From positions 12,123-76,122 of the forward strand of contig ADNK01002378.1 of NCBI GenBank assembly GCA_000320545.1: a stretch of DNA of 64,000 nt. The letters are read 5' to 3'. Positions 1 to 14,110 of the stretch are shown here, piece after piece; position 1 is the stretch's first letter; each line of letters opens with the position of its first letter. The DNA comes from Bigelowiella natans CCMP2755. Lineage: Eukaryota > Protista > Cercozoa. The notes beneath the pieces are model-generated. The model was given only the letters and a program-made list of their open reading frames with translations, was not told the DNA's origin and did not search any database. The translations under genes and the position numbers were made by a program.

Positions 1-377
1 CATGTTACACATGATCGTGATATAGGCATCGAACGTTACTTTTTGATTAGCATTAGTCGATTTTAAATTTTAGAATAAATTATGTCAGGAATCGGAGCAC
101 ACCCAGCAGCCGCATTTTACAATTTATACGAGTCAACTTTGTAGTCGACCACCTATCTTGTGCGGCGCTATAATGAAGATTAACGAAGTTGGTAGCTCAA
201 AACGTCTTGACTATATACCTTGACTATATGGAGGCGAGGAGGAACTCTTCTATCATTGGAAATGGACTGTACGTGTTTGACGAATAATTAATAGCGGTTC
301 TAAAATCAATGCTCTCCAATCCATTTTATCGCCAGATTCTTATTTCTATTAAAAGTTTTTCTTCATGTGCGTTATCA

Positions 378-1839
378 TTATTTTCTGCCTCTACGGCCCC
401 TATTTAAGGCTTCTCTCTCCGACGCTTCGGCTGCCACTGATTGAAAAATAGTAGTAAGTTAACGAATCAGTATGAAGCCATCATTCATCTTCAGAGCGTT
501 TAAAGACTAGATGTGGCGTAAACTTACGTCTTGCTTTCTTCAGTTCCTTCTTTCGTCTACGCATTTCTTTCCGCTTCTCAATTATTCGCTTGTAGAGGCT
601 TTTTCGGTACTCTGATGAGAACACACAGTCAGAAGTTATAATTTATGTTGGATATTACGAAATTGGAATATTTATTTGTGTGTGTGTGTGTGTGTGCGTG
701 TGTGTGTGCATGTATAAGATTAAAAATATACATTGTTAAAGAGAAATAGATTGAGCCACTAACCGTCAATGGTAAATCTTTTATTGTCATCGAAAGATAT
801 CTTGATGGGGTTGGGTAATGTTGGTTCGTCTTTGGGGTTGTGAAACTGCTTTAAGTAGGGATGTTTCAAGGTCTCTTCCGCTGAAAGGCGTCTCTTAGGA
901 TTGAATTGCAACAACCCTTCCAACAGATCGATAGCTTCTTCGGGCGCATCAGGGTACATGTCTTCTAGTAAGACCTTTTTTTTTATTTCTATCGAGCTGA
1001 GCATGCTCTTCGCAAACTTGGATTTGATGGACTTCACCTCTTCCTCCGAAGGGAAGCCAGTGAGCTGAACTATTCTCTCTAATTGGTTGATTGTAGACTC
1101 CCCGGGGAACATAGGTTTTCCTCCAAGAAGCTCCCCCATAATGCATCCAACGGACCACATGTCGACGGCCTTGGTATACTTTGGGGATCCGAGGAGAATC
1201 TCAGGCGCCCTGTACCATCGAGTGGCCACGTAGTCGGTTAACGCATCCTGCTCACTGGTCTCCGCAACAGATCGCGCGAGACCAAAGTCGATAAGTTTAA
1301 CGTGGCAGTCTGAGTTGAGGAGTACATTAGAGGGCTTCATGTCCCGGTGTATCAGCTCCCCAGAATGTAGGTACTTCAGCGCCTTTACAGATTGGTACAG
1401 CACGAAACGTTTGTGGATATCGACCAAGATTCCTGCTCGAATAACTGCGTGAAGGTTTATTTCCATGTGCTCAAAGACAAGGTAAATATCACGATTGTTG
1501 TCCGCTTTCAGTACGTTAAGCAACTTGATAATATTTTCGTGCGGAACCATATTGAGTTCCTGAAGAAACATAATTTCACGGAAGGTCCTCTGTGCGTCCG
1601 TTGAGTTCTGGAAAGCGTCGAAAATCTTCTTCAAAGCAACTGTTCTCTGCAGAAATGTACAAGGAATCATCTCGTCTAAGGAAAAGAAATAGCACATGAT
1701 TTAAGATATAGTCTAAAATATTAGCTTCAACCCTTGTCTTCTTGTCTCGAGACTTCCAAACAATGCCATAAGCACCTTTCCCGACCCTTTCACCGCGATC
1801 ATACTTTCTCAACACATGCGCATCGACTTCGTCGCTCAT
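378..1839 (-). CDS. MAPK15: MAP kinase, ERK7/8 (MAPK15) subfamily; 4 exons
   Basis: Spliced GT-AG model: MSDEVDAHVLRKY..GKGAYGIVWK / VALKKIFDAFQNSTDAQRTFREI, HRDMKPSN, DFGLAR, TDY activation motif (LTDYVATRWYRAPE). C-terminal exons EYRKSLYKRIIEKRK.. and ..RRGRK*. Confidence 0.95.
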
Positions 1840-3048
1840 CCTTGCCAACCTGATCCGTAGTGTATCAAACCATGTTAAAAAATTGTTATCAACAACATCA
1901 ATTCTGATCACGATTGTGTTCATAATCGAAGACAGCTTGGATGCTACAGTGGAAGCCATGCTAGTGATTATTTTCCAACTTGTTCTCAAAATCATAAATG
2001 CGATTACCCTTTCGTTGCAGAAGGTAAGCAACAGGTAGTCAGTCAGCTCGTGGGAATGGGGGTCAAGTCGAATGAGGGCAGAAATTTAGGAGCTGGTGTT
2101 CAGTCTTCAGGAAAATGTAAAGGCGAATTATGAGATGCGGTACGAAAATTGGGATGACGCATCTAAATTTACCAAAAGATGTTAAGTCATCGTAGCAGAC
2201 CAAGAAACAATTTCTTAATTTGGATTCTGCACGAGTCCCTTTTTCAGCACGAGAGTTACATTTTAATTCGATGTTTGATTGAATAATTTAAAATAAGTAA
2301 CGATGAATGCTTTGTCTCAATGTAGTAACGGAATGTATTACATACAAATAGCGACAGCAATGGTAGAATACCATGTACCAATGTGCTTTGTGGGTTGCCG
2401 TTTCCATTCGGTTCTTCGATCCGAAATTCATTAAATTACACCTTCGCGACATCATCACTTCATAAAATATTTTTCATAATTTTACTTAAATTTCTGGAGG
2501 CTTGACTATTTTTGGAGAATTCGAAAATCTTGCGTGTTTGAGGCTGGCGACATAGTATTCATGTTTGCTCTAAACGAGTTACCGGAGAGGCCTTATCTTT
2601 CTCGGTGACGACCGCGTTTTTCTTTTTTGCGGTGTATTCTGGCAAGATCCACAGAGTAAGACAAAAATATTGATATATTGTAAAATATTTGCTTAGATCA
2701 TATTTACGTCATCCCGAAAGGATCATTTTATTTTAAAAAGGCCTTTGTTAGGGGAGTGAAATTTGGAGCTGGATCTGAAAATTGCTTGCACCACTCATAC
2801 CCAAGTGAGGTACGATAATGGCCCCCCCCCTCGGTTGCGTTTTGCGTCTGTGTTTCCAAATCTAGCAATAAATTGGTGATATGCATATCGAAATATTCTG
2901 TTTGTTGGGGCGGGTAAATGGGCAACGGTACCTCTGTTTTACCATTTGTCAATCGTGCGATTACGCAGTGCACCTCGCTTCACATGTTCGTAGTTCGACG
3001 TTTATTGGGTATGAATTCACGAAGTGAATCAAACAATATTTCAGGCGA

Positions 3049-4051
3049 GATGATGGGCCGTAGCTCTTCATTTGCAATGAAGTCGTCCCTGCTCCTGAAT
3101 GCCCTCCTCGCACTTATCGCTCTCGGAGCGTTAGTTTCATTTCGCACTTCGACAACTGGAGGGGAGAATTTGGAGGCAGTTATGTCGACAATTTCTAGAA
3201 ATGGTATACTACTCTTTTGAAGAGCACAGTTGTCACTGGCTAATAGATTTTTTGGTTTAGTCGCAGTCAATGGAAGGAGGAACCAGATTGCATCTGGACG
3301 CCGCTGTGGACTCACTGGCAAGAGCGGAACTACAGCTTACAAATATTGCTTCTCCCACAAGTGTGTATACTCACGACTTCGAAACACGAATTCGAAACCT
3401 ACTTTTCATGCACATATTAATGGAATTTGCCTTTTTTATTACTAGGCGTGCAACCAAGCGTCAGCACCCAAACATTCAGCAGAAGTATGTATTCTGGCCA
3501 GAGGGGCAGAGGATGGTGAAAATTAAGCTAAGTACATCAGCTCTCAAGAGTATAGATAAGAAGGGGTTGCAAGTGATGGCTAAAGAAGCAGGAATCGACT
3601 TGAACAAGCTCCCATTTAAGGACATGAGACCTGAGAGACAAGAATACAAAGAAAAGCATAAGATGGAAGTTCCGGTTTCTAAGAAATGGGTATCTGGTTA
3701 TTACAAGAAGCAACACAGAATGAAGAATGCAGAGAAGCTAGCTGCTTCGAAGAAAACTCCTCTTGAAGGAAAATACTACCACGGAAGAGTTCTATTCGGA
3801 CGCTTTAATGAAGACCAGATGAGACAGATCAACGGTATTAATATATCCCTAAATTCAAATCGTATTTATTTGATAGAAACATATTCAATATGAGTTGTGG
3901 ACTCAAAAAGATCATTGGAAGACATATAAATCTGATTTAAGTTGCTTGAAATTGCGTCTTGTTTTCAGATGTTCCGCTTGAAGATACCGCTGAGAAAGTC
4001 TATGAAGAAGGTCTTGAAGTAGAGGATACATCCGCACCGGCATCGGCATAA
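3049..4051 (+). CDS. rpl28: Plastid-targeted 50S ribosomal protein L28 with bipartite leader and C-terminal extension; 4 exons
   Basis: Signal peptide (LLLNALLALIALGALVSF) and transit-like segment, then GRRCGLTGKSGTTAYKYCFSHK/RATKRQHPNIQQKYVFWPEGQRMVKIKLSTSALKSIDKKGL (bL28 signature). Three GT-AG introns keep the frame; TAA at 4049-4051. Confidence 0.93.
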
Positions 4052-4299
4052 ACTAAATTATTATGTATAACCATGAGAGCACAAGGCTTCTATCTGTATA
4101 AAGCTTGGGTGCGCATTTAACAGTGCTGCAGATGCTGCGGGAACAGCAGTAGCCTAACAGCGACGATTTTGACGGGTTGTTAATTGGATGTGTACGTATG
4201 TACCTTGCTGTGCTGTAATGACGTTGAATTATTATGAAGTTAGTGGTCTTCGAAAATACTTCAAATTCACCCAGCGGCAGTGATCATGAAAGAATCCAT

Positions 4300-5200
4300 C
4301 GTTATGTGTTTCACGTGAACAATATCCATTGCATGTCACCAGCGTAGCGGACCAGTGTGATGACATTGTTAGCAGCGTGATGAGGCATCGCACAGCTAGA
4401 CTGGCGTATTTTTGTGTAGATCGTCGCCAGAGCTAGCAGACAGTCTAGCAGCGGGCATGGCACACGCAATGAAGCAGCATCACTAGATCAATGCAGAACA
4501 AGCATGGCTCATGCTAGCATGGCTGATGGCCGAGATGCATGCATGAAGCGTGCTAGCGTGGCTTGCACAAATTATAATTCGATCTAGCTAGACAACGCAA
4601 TGCGCACCAGCTAGCCAGCTAGCCTAGCAGCGCACATCTCTAGATCTGCGTGCACACATGCGATGCCACATGCGCATTGTTGATGCATTCAATGCACATG
4701 CAACAGCATTGCACAGCTGTTCACAGATGGACACTAGCAGCAGCACGCGCATGGTGGCATGTGTCACATGCTAGCATGGCTGCCATGCTAGCACAGCTGA
4801 ACCTAGAGACGTTGCAGTTGTTCACTAGTTCAGTTCACAACATGGGCACGCGTTCACACATTCTGGCATCGCATTGCTAGATTCTAGGATTGGCTGATCG
4901 ACAGCATTGTTCTGTTTTGCGCATCTACATCTTGACGTCTAGATGTGGACCTAGCTAGCTAGGGACCTAGGGACGTGCAACAAATCGTCGCAAATTGAAG
5001 ATGACAAAACCAATTCTTGATCAATTTCTCACTACATCAACGTGACGAGCAAGTCTAGATGGAAGCTAGTGCAAGCCTTCATTTCGTGACAATCATGCAA
5101 TTGTAGCGTGCATGCACACCTAGATGCACCATGCACACATTCACAACATGTGTGCACATGAGTGCATGCAATGTGTGCAGCAGCACATGCGTAACACAAG
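4300..5200. other. Palindrome-rich (CATG/TGCA/CTAG) intergenic island 1, convergent junction
   Basis: Dense GCTAGC, GCATGC, TGCA; CATGCTAGCATG at 4510-4521 and 4767-4778; no credible coding frame. Confidence 0.7.
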
Positions 5201-5222
5201 AATGCCGCGTCTTAAGGTTGTG

Positions 5223-6799
5223 CTATTCGAACTTCCATGTCACATGAGATCTGTTTATGGTCTCTCCTTCATCGGGATACCACAAACTACATGAACAAAA
5301 GAAGGTGTGTTAGTGCTACCGACCAACTTGAACTTTGCATGATGTTCCTACCTCATGAACGATGATTGGAGGTCAATTTGCTCTCCCTCTACCTTCTCTT
5401 TCGGATCACTTTCTTTTGTGCTTCCTCTAAGAATTCTCATGATGGTTTGTACTCGGATTCCCTAAACATCATCATTCTTAAAAATGTGACAGAATTTCGA
5501 ATGAAATTATTTGAAGTTTCTTAGAACTTTGATTCTGTGATTCTCAGATATTGTCATTAAGGCAGCCAAAATCTTCACTTCACCAGAACCCTCATTCATG
5601 ATCGTTGCATTCCAGCCTCGAAGTTCTTGTTCCTTTGACACAAAAGCCTGGAGAATAGTCCCACTGATGTTTCTTTTCTGACATTGCTCGGGAGAAGAAA
5701 CAGTCATCCAAGCATCATTTGTCGATTTGTCCTGATAAAAACTCACAGGCTCTGCAAATGCCGAAAGCCTCGATAGCAAGTGACGGAGAGCCAGCATCCC
5801 TTCCATGTTTTTTTGCATACTCTTGCAGTGTTCATTTACATTTTTTCCATGCAATATCACACCATCGCGAGCTTGCTCAAATTTGCACATGTGCTTGAAA
5901 ACTCTTCGTTGAATTCCCTCTATGCACACATCGATGTGATCTCGGCTTAGCTTGGGCATTTTTTCAGACAATGATTGAATCCTATCCATCGTTCTCAAGA
6001 TGCAAGAGCTTGTCTCACACATTTTTTCCTGTTGAAAATTAGAATTCAAACATCCATTAAGTAAGTCGTAGCCGGTGGATGGATACATGTCTACCTGTAA
6101 TTTGGCGACTATTTCAATTTCTTTAGGTATGGACAGTGAATGCTCACTGTGTAAGCGAAGTCTTGCCTTCACATCTAGTGTGTCAGAGTAATTAAGCCTC
6201 ATTGTTAAGCGAAAGTTCAAATCGAATAGATATGCATCAGTGCATCAGAGTGCCACTTTTTAACTTGGTCCTCATCAAATTAGCTGAATATGTCTTTCTC
6301 AAACGACAGAATGACAATGAACAATGAATGCATGTGTGAAAATTCACATGAAATTTTAAGCATTGCACGACCTTCATCCAATTTTATTGCCTTAGAGCCA
6401 TCATCCCACATTGTGCTTTTCAATGAATCTTCGAAAAACAAAGTAATTAGTAACATGCCCTGCACCGCTAAGCTTCATCTATACCCATCTCCAACTTAAA
6501 CGATTGATCAATTGATTGGTTCATCATGTTCTCAAAGAGTGTAGAAGTTACTGTCATTGTCGCTTAAATATGATGATAGAACGCTGAACAACTGCGTCAA
6601 CAAAAATTGAGAGAAAGGAACAACAAAACGCGGTGAGCATACTACTGACAATTTGCAGGCCAATTAGTCGTTCAGAACTCATCCTCTGTCCCACCTCCCA
6701 AACACAGTCATGGGCAATTGTGGGTATGCGATCAATGATGTACTCGATTACTTCTATATGATGCTCCCCGAATCGCCAAGATTCGCCAAAGTTTTTCAT
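5223..6799 (-). CDS. Hypothetical multi-exon protein, no recognisable domain
   Basis: 237-aa ORF 5507-6220 plus flanking minus-strand ORFs. 3' exons splice in frame (GIRVQTIMRILRG..FMS/LWYPDEGETINRSHVTWKFE*). 5' end uncertain. Confidence 0.55.
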
Positions 6800-7273
6800 T
6801 CAATGTCTTCGCTTAGTGTTACCCTTATCCACTGGGACACGCATGTCATGTGTACTTTTTAGCGCGACTTTGAGCACTGGACTTGTTTGTAAGGTCTCAA
6901 CTGTGTGGGACACCCACCCGGCCTCAACCAAAAAACGAGGAGCGTCATATCATTCGTGGGACAAACCGTTATCTACGACGTAGATTTTCTGCAACTGAAA
7001 ATGAATTTCCCTCCGGGTAAAATGTGAGGCGTTTGTACAAAAGATCTCGCTTTAATTGAATGTTTGCAGCCTACACGTCCGAGATGTAGATCTTTCCAAA
7101 CATAAGAGATCTTTTACATACCTTATCGATAAAGAAGAAAAGAAAAGAAATTTGGAAGGAGAAGACTCTCGGTCAACGAAGCCAAATACCTTATTCTAAT
7201 CCTATTCTAATCGAGATAATCACCACAGGTTTCCTGCAATTTCGCAGATTCGACATTTAAATATTCCATCTTC

Positions 7274-9710
7274 AATGAATATATTTGCTGAAGGCCTAGG
7301 AACTAATGTAAATTACAAATGTTAGTCTCGGTTGATCATATTAGAGGCTTACATCTCAGGACGGATATCATTACGTGACTGTTCATGTGAATCCGACATG
7401 GGGCAAGAAGAAAAATGGGCCAGGCAACCGCAACCTCGGTAGACGTTAACGCATAATTCTGACATGGAGTGTTTTCACTTCGGTTAAAATACTCAACAAG
7501 TTATAAATTATATGTCGTTATGTTGATACAAATAGGAATCGAATACAGAGCCAATCGAATTGTCCACGTAAAATAATTTCCTTATTATGCATCCACTGGT
7601 AACGATGATATACATAGGTTGCTCCAAGAAGTCAAGCGGCGAAACTTGGTATAAGAGTTGGGTTTATTATCATTGGTTTCAGTGGTGTAGCGCTTATTGA
7701 AAAGGTCAGAAAGGCATACCTTAAAGTCAAGCGAGTAGACCTTCTAGATTCTTGATCATAAATTCTCTTTCTAGGATGCAAAAGATGCTAAAGTCATTCA
7801 TGGTGGCTGTCTCAACTCTTTTATTAAAAACAAATCTAATCAGAGTTGGGTTGCTCAGGAAAATTAAAAAGTAAGCTAATTGGAAGCCTGCCCTTCACCA
7901 TCGAGTTTGCCTATCGTTGGGATATTGCAGTCAGGTTATCCAAACTGCATAATATGCTATCATATCGTAATTATGGAAGTTTATTCAGGGCCTACCAACC
8001 AGGACTTTACAAGTCCACGAGGCCAATTTATTATTGTTGTTTTGAATTAAGAATTCAGAAAAGTGATCAGTGCAAGGTCCCTTATTATTTGTCTAATTCA
8101 ATTTAGCTGAATCTACTGGTGATTTGGATGACGAACGAAGTGACCTCAAGGGGAAAAGGGAAGATATCCCAATAGGTACAGAGTTTTCTATTGTAGAAAC
8201 AGCGCTGGTACATTCAACAAAAAAAGGTACTGGATGGATAAGGTATATTTGCAGTAATCTATTGTTCATGCGCACTGAGAGATGTTACAGGGGCAGGCTC
8301 AACACAAGACGTCACCATGATTCAAGAGAACATTGGATCATTCTCACAAGAACTGATCTCATCTCGCCGTTTGTCAGGGTATACATATAATCTTCGTATT
8401 AGCATCGACTAGTATTTATAACAGATGACTTCAGGTCACTTCAGCCGAACATCACCGCTTGTTCTTGGAATCAGCAAAACTGCGGAGGTGAATATAATCA
8501 AAGCCATCGCTTGCACATATTTATTCTCTTTTAGGGTGGTCATTTTCTTTTGGGGAGGCCACTTATGTGAAGTTATAGTATTTAACGGTAGGCGATGTGC
8601 ATTGAATGAATCTCATGCTGAATTTCTTTGGTGGACCTTCCTCGACCTAGCTAGTGGCATGAATTCTTCAGATAAATGGCAAACCAGTTTACGAGTATCA
8701 GCAAGGGAGGTTGCGACCACCTGCCATTGCGAATTGAATGTTGACGTATTCTGAAAAATGGAAACGCACCTTTACTGTTTCCATTTAAATATTACCAATA
8801 TATCTCTAAAGTATAAATTATATTAGATTCGAATGTCTGGTTCTATGAAGAACTCCCGTAGCAAATCAGTATACGAAGACCTTGGTTATAATGATGTGTT
8901 GCATATAAACCATGATAAACTTATTAATGATTATTATTCCAGAAAATAGATCGGAAGAAATACTTTTGAGCATTGCAGGCCTGACATCAAAAAATGTAAA
9001 ATATACTGCAGAAACAGTTTTTATCTAGGCTTAATAGCTCAATACTGACCAGAAAGTGCTTGGTTACTTCCGAACAACCATTGGAGAGTTGCTTCATGCA
9101 AGGTCAACGATATATGAATATATCCAGTCGATATTTAGAGTTGGTAACCTTACCTTAGAGTAAGTCCCAAAATCAAAGCAAAGAACACAGATGCTTTATC
9201 CTGGCTGGGGAGATTGGCCTCTGAACAAACATTAAAGTTGGTTAACATAATATAGGGAAACTCGTGCGTATATGTGATCTTTACACCGTTTTGAACATAA
9301 TAGGAATGTTATGCCGAAACAAATCGAGGGACTTTCAATGATTGGACTATCGATCCCAAAAGAAAAAGTATTATCGTTAATATCGTTTTTCAAGTCTCAT
9401 TTTAATTTTTAAAATAGCATACATGCCCTTCCTAACAGTTACAAGCTATAGAATGCATCCGTGTGAGACTAATAGATACTACACCTTTACGCAAAAATTG
9501 TGGATCCAGACTCGTCAAATGGTTCCATTTTCTCAACATAGAAATGAAATAACTTGTTTAAAGCTGAAATTAATAGGAGATCATTCGCCAGAGTCGGATC
9601 AATTAGAACAGACGACTTTGACGAAAATGAGAAAAACAAGATAGCGGAAGAAGAGAGCGGGAAGTGGAGAATTATAGCAGAGGTATTGAAAGATTTCCCG
9701 CTCACATCTA

Positions 9711-9755
<45 letters not shown>

Positions 9756-11945
9756 ATGTTATCATGTCATTCTGTCATTCTTGTTATGGTTTGTAGACAA
9801 AAATAAAGGTTAGTGAGAAAATCCGAACGGAGGGTGTGAAACTCACTAAATGGTTTCCACTTGCATTAATGGAGCCTAGCGAACAAAAGCAAACCTACAG
9901 CGCTGAGGTATAAGTGGTATACAGGAATACTGCGACTTTAATTTCAATGTGCCTACAGTGTCTTTTGGATCTCAATTTTCTGAACAAGAAAAAATCAGAG
10001 GAGCAGAAAAGGAAGGTAAGAAGACAGTTGCTTATCATATTATTTATCCTCTCACTTCTCGAATACTTCTCAGGTTTCTGCATTTGCCGATGAAGTAAGT
10101 TAGCCAGCTGCAAATATTGATACTGGAATTACTATTTCACATATTTATGACAGATTCTAAAGAAGTTTAAAGAAATATGGAATTCAGAAGCTTTTCAGGT
10201 CTTATCAATTTCAACATTCAACATTCGTAAAATAAGCTATCTTCAGAAAAGACGCGAAATCCTTCGACTAGCTATTGAAAGGGCTGAGGCAGCAAGACGA
10301 AATTTTCTACTTCAGTTTGTTACTAATTATTGTTGCTTGGCAATGTCTTCATAATATTATTTGTTTCTATTAATTAGAAACCTGTATATCCATGGCCCAA
10401 TGTCATCAGTTATCCCATTTATTCAAATTGGGTACAGAAGGCACTTGAAGTCTGGATATTTTTGATCATTTAGATTGAATAGTTATAACTAACAGCTCCG
10501 GATGGAGAGGCATTCGCATATGGGATAAAGAGGATGAAGAAAAGTCTAAAGCACCATACACCTGGCTTATCACTGGTCAAAGTGAGACAGAGTATAAAGT
10601 TCAGGTGTGGTAAAAAGTAGCAACTAGTGAAAGTTTCCTATTAACGTCATATATCTATAAATTAGCATTCCACGGGATTTATTTCGGATGAAGTAGTTGT
10701 GAAGCTCGCACTTGTGGATCGAAGTGTCTTTGACGAGTTGACACAGAGTAGCAGTGGAACCAACCCTGATGCATATACGAGCCAGCTATCTTTGTCTATC
10801 GATTCTCCATAGTAAGAGCAGAACATTATTCAATATTCTGAACTCTCATATGATAATTTCACCAGTTGTTCGGCCGAAGATGACAACGGATATACTATCG
10901 AAAGTTCCCAGGATCGAGAGAAAAGTGATGATAAAACGTAAAGTTCATTCTTGCAAACTCTAGTCTGCCCAGTGTTGATATCTTGAAATTTTCCCAGAAA
11001 CCACAAAAATTTCGGAAGTCCCAGCACTATTAATTGCTCTCAAACTGTAGAACATTTTTGTTTGTTCGACGAACCTCCGTCATATTTTTCAATGATGGAA
11101 TTAGGTTTTAATGTTTGAATATGAGGACAGAACTACGCGATACATAGGATGCTTTTCTAACAAAACCAAAAAAATTGAAGGGTAGCGAATGATTGACGCA
11201 GGGACATATTTGTTGATATGGTCATCATCCATTTTAGAACGTGGAGTAAATGGAATGAATCAGGAGTATTCTACCTTGAAGTACTTGAATGATTAATCAT
11301 GATACCATGATAAGTCTCCTTTGACTGAATCAGCATTAATTACTAGGTTGTGCCAGATAATGAACTCCGGCTTTTCCAAAGTGTTGAGAAAGAAAAGGTA
11401 TTTTAGTAAAATTTTACTTTGTATCTAGTTGAAGAATATAATTGCATGATGCAATATTAGGTATTTGAAATCCAATCCATATCGAAGTTGATTCGCGGAG
11501 TAGGCCTCTTGCATTATCTTGAGGAGATCAGGCAGCTTAGCTTAAAAGCAAAGCAACTGGTACGCTAAGCAATTTAACAATTGAAGTCTAAATAGCTCTA
11601 TTTCAGATGGCTGCAAGTATGAGCACTTGGCTCGATATATGTAAAAAGGTAGTGAATCGCAAAAGTCACGTAAATAGCACTGAGCATCCAAATTTTAGAT
11701 CGAATTACCGGAGCAAAAGGTTGCTTTAATTTGGAGGGTATCTTCTCAATTATCATTTTGGCTCATTCCATTCCGATAAAGAAGATCATGATACAGAGGT
11801 TGCAATGTGATGTGATAACTAGAAAATTGGAAGCCTCAGGGACAAATTTGAAGATGCGGCCAGCAAGCGCATTCTCAAAATTCAGAGAAGGAATAACGCA
11901 TTGAAAAAGAATTAAATGCACAGTAGCAAAGGCAAAAATGTCTAA
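7274..11945 (+). CDS. Large gene with many short exons: N-terminal PDZ-like domain, possible PH/C2-like segments
   Basis: First exons splice to MNIFAEGLGTN/DGYHYVTVHV..RNL/GIEYRANRIVH/VAPRSQAAKLGIRVGFIIIGFSG (PDZ pattern). Later exons KVLGYFRTTIGELL and LTKWFPL are C2-like. Many short AT-rich GT-AG introns; the 3' end is approximate. Confidence 0.6.
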
Positions 11946-11949
11946 AATT

Positions 11950-12700
11950 TTAGTTGTTCATGTCTCGCATTCATTCCTGACTTCGCCACATCATCGCATG
12001 CTGAGTAGGAGCGCAAGCATCGTCCATGAGTGCTTTCTGGTGCGGCCACAGCATTGATGGAGCTTGCATGCCCCTGCGCTAATCTTGATGCAATAGACAC
12101 AGTGTACGTTAAATATGTTCGTATGTCCATAGTTCATGACAAAAATGAGCAGTAGCTAGCAGCAGGCGCATGCGTTGCACACAGCTAGACAGGCGCACCC
12201 ATGACAACACACGTGTCGAGAACCATGCAATGCATTTCTGTGAATGACTGAATGAGACATGCTTCCTGTCAATGCGCTGTTCGTGGCATGCAGTTAGCGC
12301 TACAAATGCTGGACAACAGACACATGCAGCAATGCATGCACACGTCATTGCACATGTCATTGCATGTCTGTCATGAGCTGTGGGGACCACAGAGCATCTC
12401 ACTTGCAACAGACACAGTGCACACACACACACACACACACGTCACACACATCATTGCACGTCTGTCACCTGGAATGGCTCAGACCTGCACACATGCCACA
12501 CTGCTAGCTAGCTAGACTGGCACAACTGGCAAGCTAGCCGCGAATCTGCAAACAGCTAGACAGCGCTGCGACCACAAACAGACCCAGCTGACACCAGTCC
12601 CATTCCAGCATTGATGGGTGGCACGTGCCAGCGTGCAATGACACGTGAAAGGCTCGTGCGTGCAGTGTCAATCACAATCCAAATCGTCCAACAGCAACGT
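11950..12700. other. Palindrome-rich intergenic island 2
   Basis: Same composition as island 1. CACAGCTAGACAGGCG (~12180) matches CACAGCTAGACTGGCG (4391); contains a (CA)n tract. Confidence 0.7.
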
Positions 12701-13398
12701 TTGGAACATGGTCATGGCTGGGACGCCCTCCATGATTCCCCGGAGAAAGAAAGAAAGAAAGAAAGAAACAATGATGATGAGCTAGATTTCCAAAATTTGC
12801 AAGGCATTTGCAGTGTGCGAAACGCAGAGCCTCGAACTAGCCCAGAGAATGATGAGGGGAACAAACACATCTTCGTTCGAGAGGGATTGTGCTTGTCGCA
12901 GGAAAAAAAATCTGAAATTTTGCATAATTTCATTTTAATTTTCCTAATTACATTGCTATTATTCCTATGCGACATGCAAAAAACAGACTTTATTTTGCAC
13001 TTATTACGGTTGCCGGTAGTCGTCTACGACGTTGCTAACGTGCGCGGTGTCAATAGCTACTGTGATAGTTACTGAAGTTACATGACCATGGAGGAGATAG
13101 CAGAAATCTCAACACCCCCGGCCCTCCTTCACGACCTCTTCTTGAGTTTGAGGAGATTCGATGAGAATACAGAATTCTCTTGTGACTAGGTCGCCATGTC
13201 CGAGAGAAATTGTTTTTCTCCCATCCAAACGCGTCAGCATGGCCAGAGAGCGCAACGACGACGATTTCGATTGGAGGAATCCCCAACGAAGCCGTCTGTC
13301 TCACCGTCTTATAGTAAGTTGTTTCTACTTTTACGAGATTGACAGGATAATTAAACTGATCCTTCGCGTGTAATGCAAAAGGATTTCTGCATGGCTCC

Positions 13399-14015
13399 AT
13401 GCCTTTAACTAAGCGTGGACTTCCTCCGCTCCAGCTGTCCGTTTCGCCTTCTAGGCTGCATCGTCAAATTCCTAAATCAGGATTGAGATCGTTACCGACA
13501 AGTCCAAAAACAGCAAGAGTGTCGATGAAGACGACTTCCTCATCCTTCCCAAATCTCGAAAGTCAGCGCCTGCGAGAGTCAAGTTCGGACGAACTACACG
13601 TTACTAATGTTCCTTTAAAGCGAAGTTGCTCACCAACGCTTATTCCCGATGAAAATAGTAATTTGGTGACCAGATTTCAATCAAATAGGCTACAAGGGAG
13701 AGGGAGATATTTCCCAAATGCTGCAGGGAGAGGAATGGAGACATTCCGCAGGAAAACCTTGCAGCGCCTGCGGAAAAAGGCAGCTATGAATAATGCCATA
13801 ATTAAACAGAAGAAAAAGGATCAACGGAAGATATTAGAGGAGAAGTGCAGGCGCGAGGCTGATATCAAAAGGAGTCGGAAAGCAGCTATTGCACGTGTGA
13901 AAAAATGGGAACGGGAGCTCAATCGGCTTGAGCGAAAAGCCAAGGTAAAAGCTGGTGAATACAACATTCTGAAAATTGTTGAGAATAATGAGAATCTCTC
14001 TCTCTCTCCCTCCCT

Positions 14016-14050
<35 letters not shown>

Positions 14051-14073
14051 TTCCTGGTTCCTCTCTTTCCCTG

Positions 14074-14110
<37 letters not shown>

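Noticed and set aside
4650-4880. His/Ala/Met/Cys-rich ORFs in the islands (also 12109-12515, 30416-30809, 34710-34949, 56125-56427)
   Set aside because: By-products of CATG/TGCA-rich composition; no domain motifs or splice structure.
4950-4975. CTAGGG twice, resembling the nucleomorph telomere repeat TCTAGGG
   Set aside because: Only two imperfect, non-tandem units. Intron sizes and GC content are nuclear rather than nucleomorph-like.
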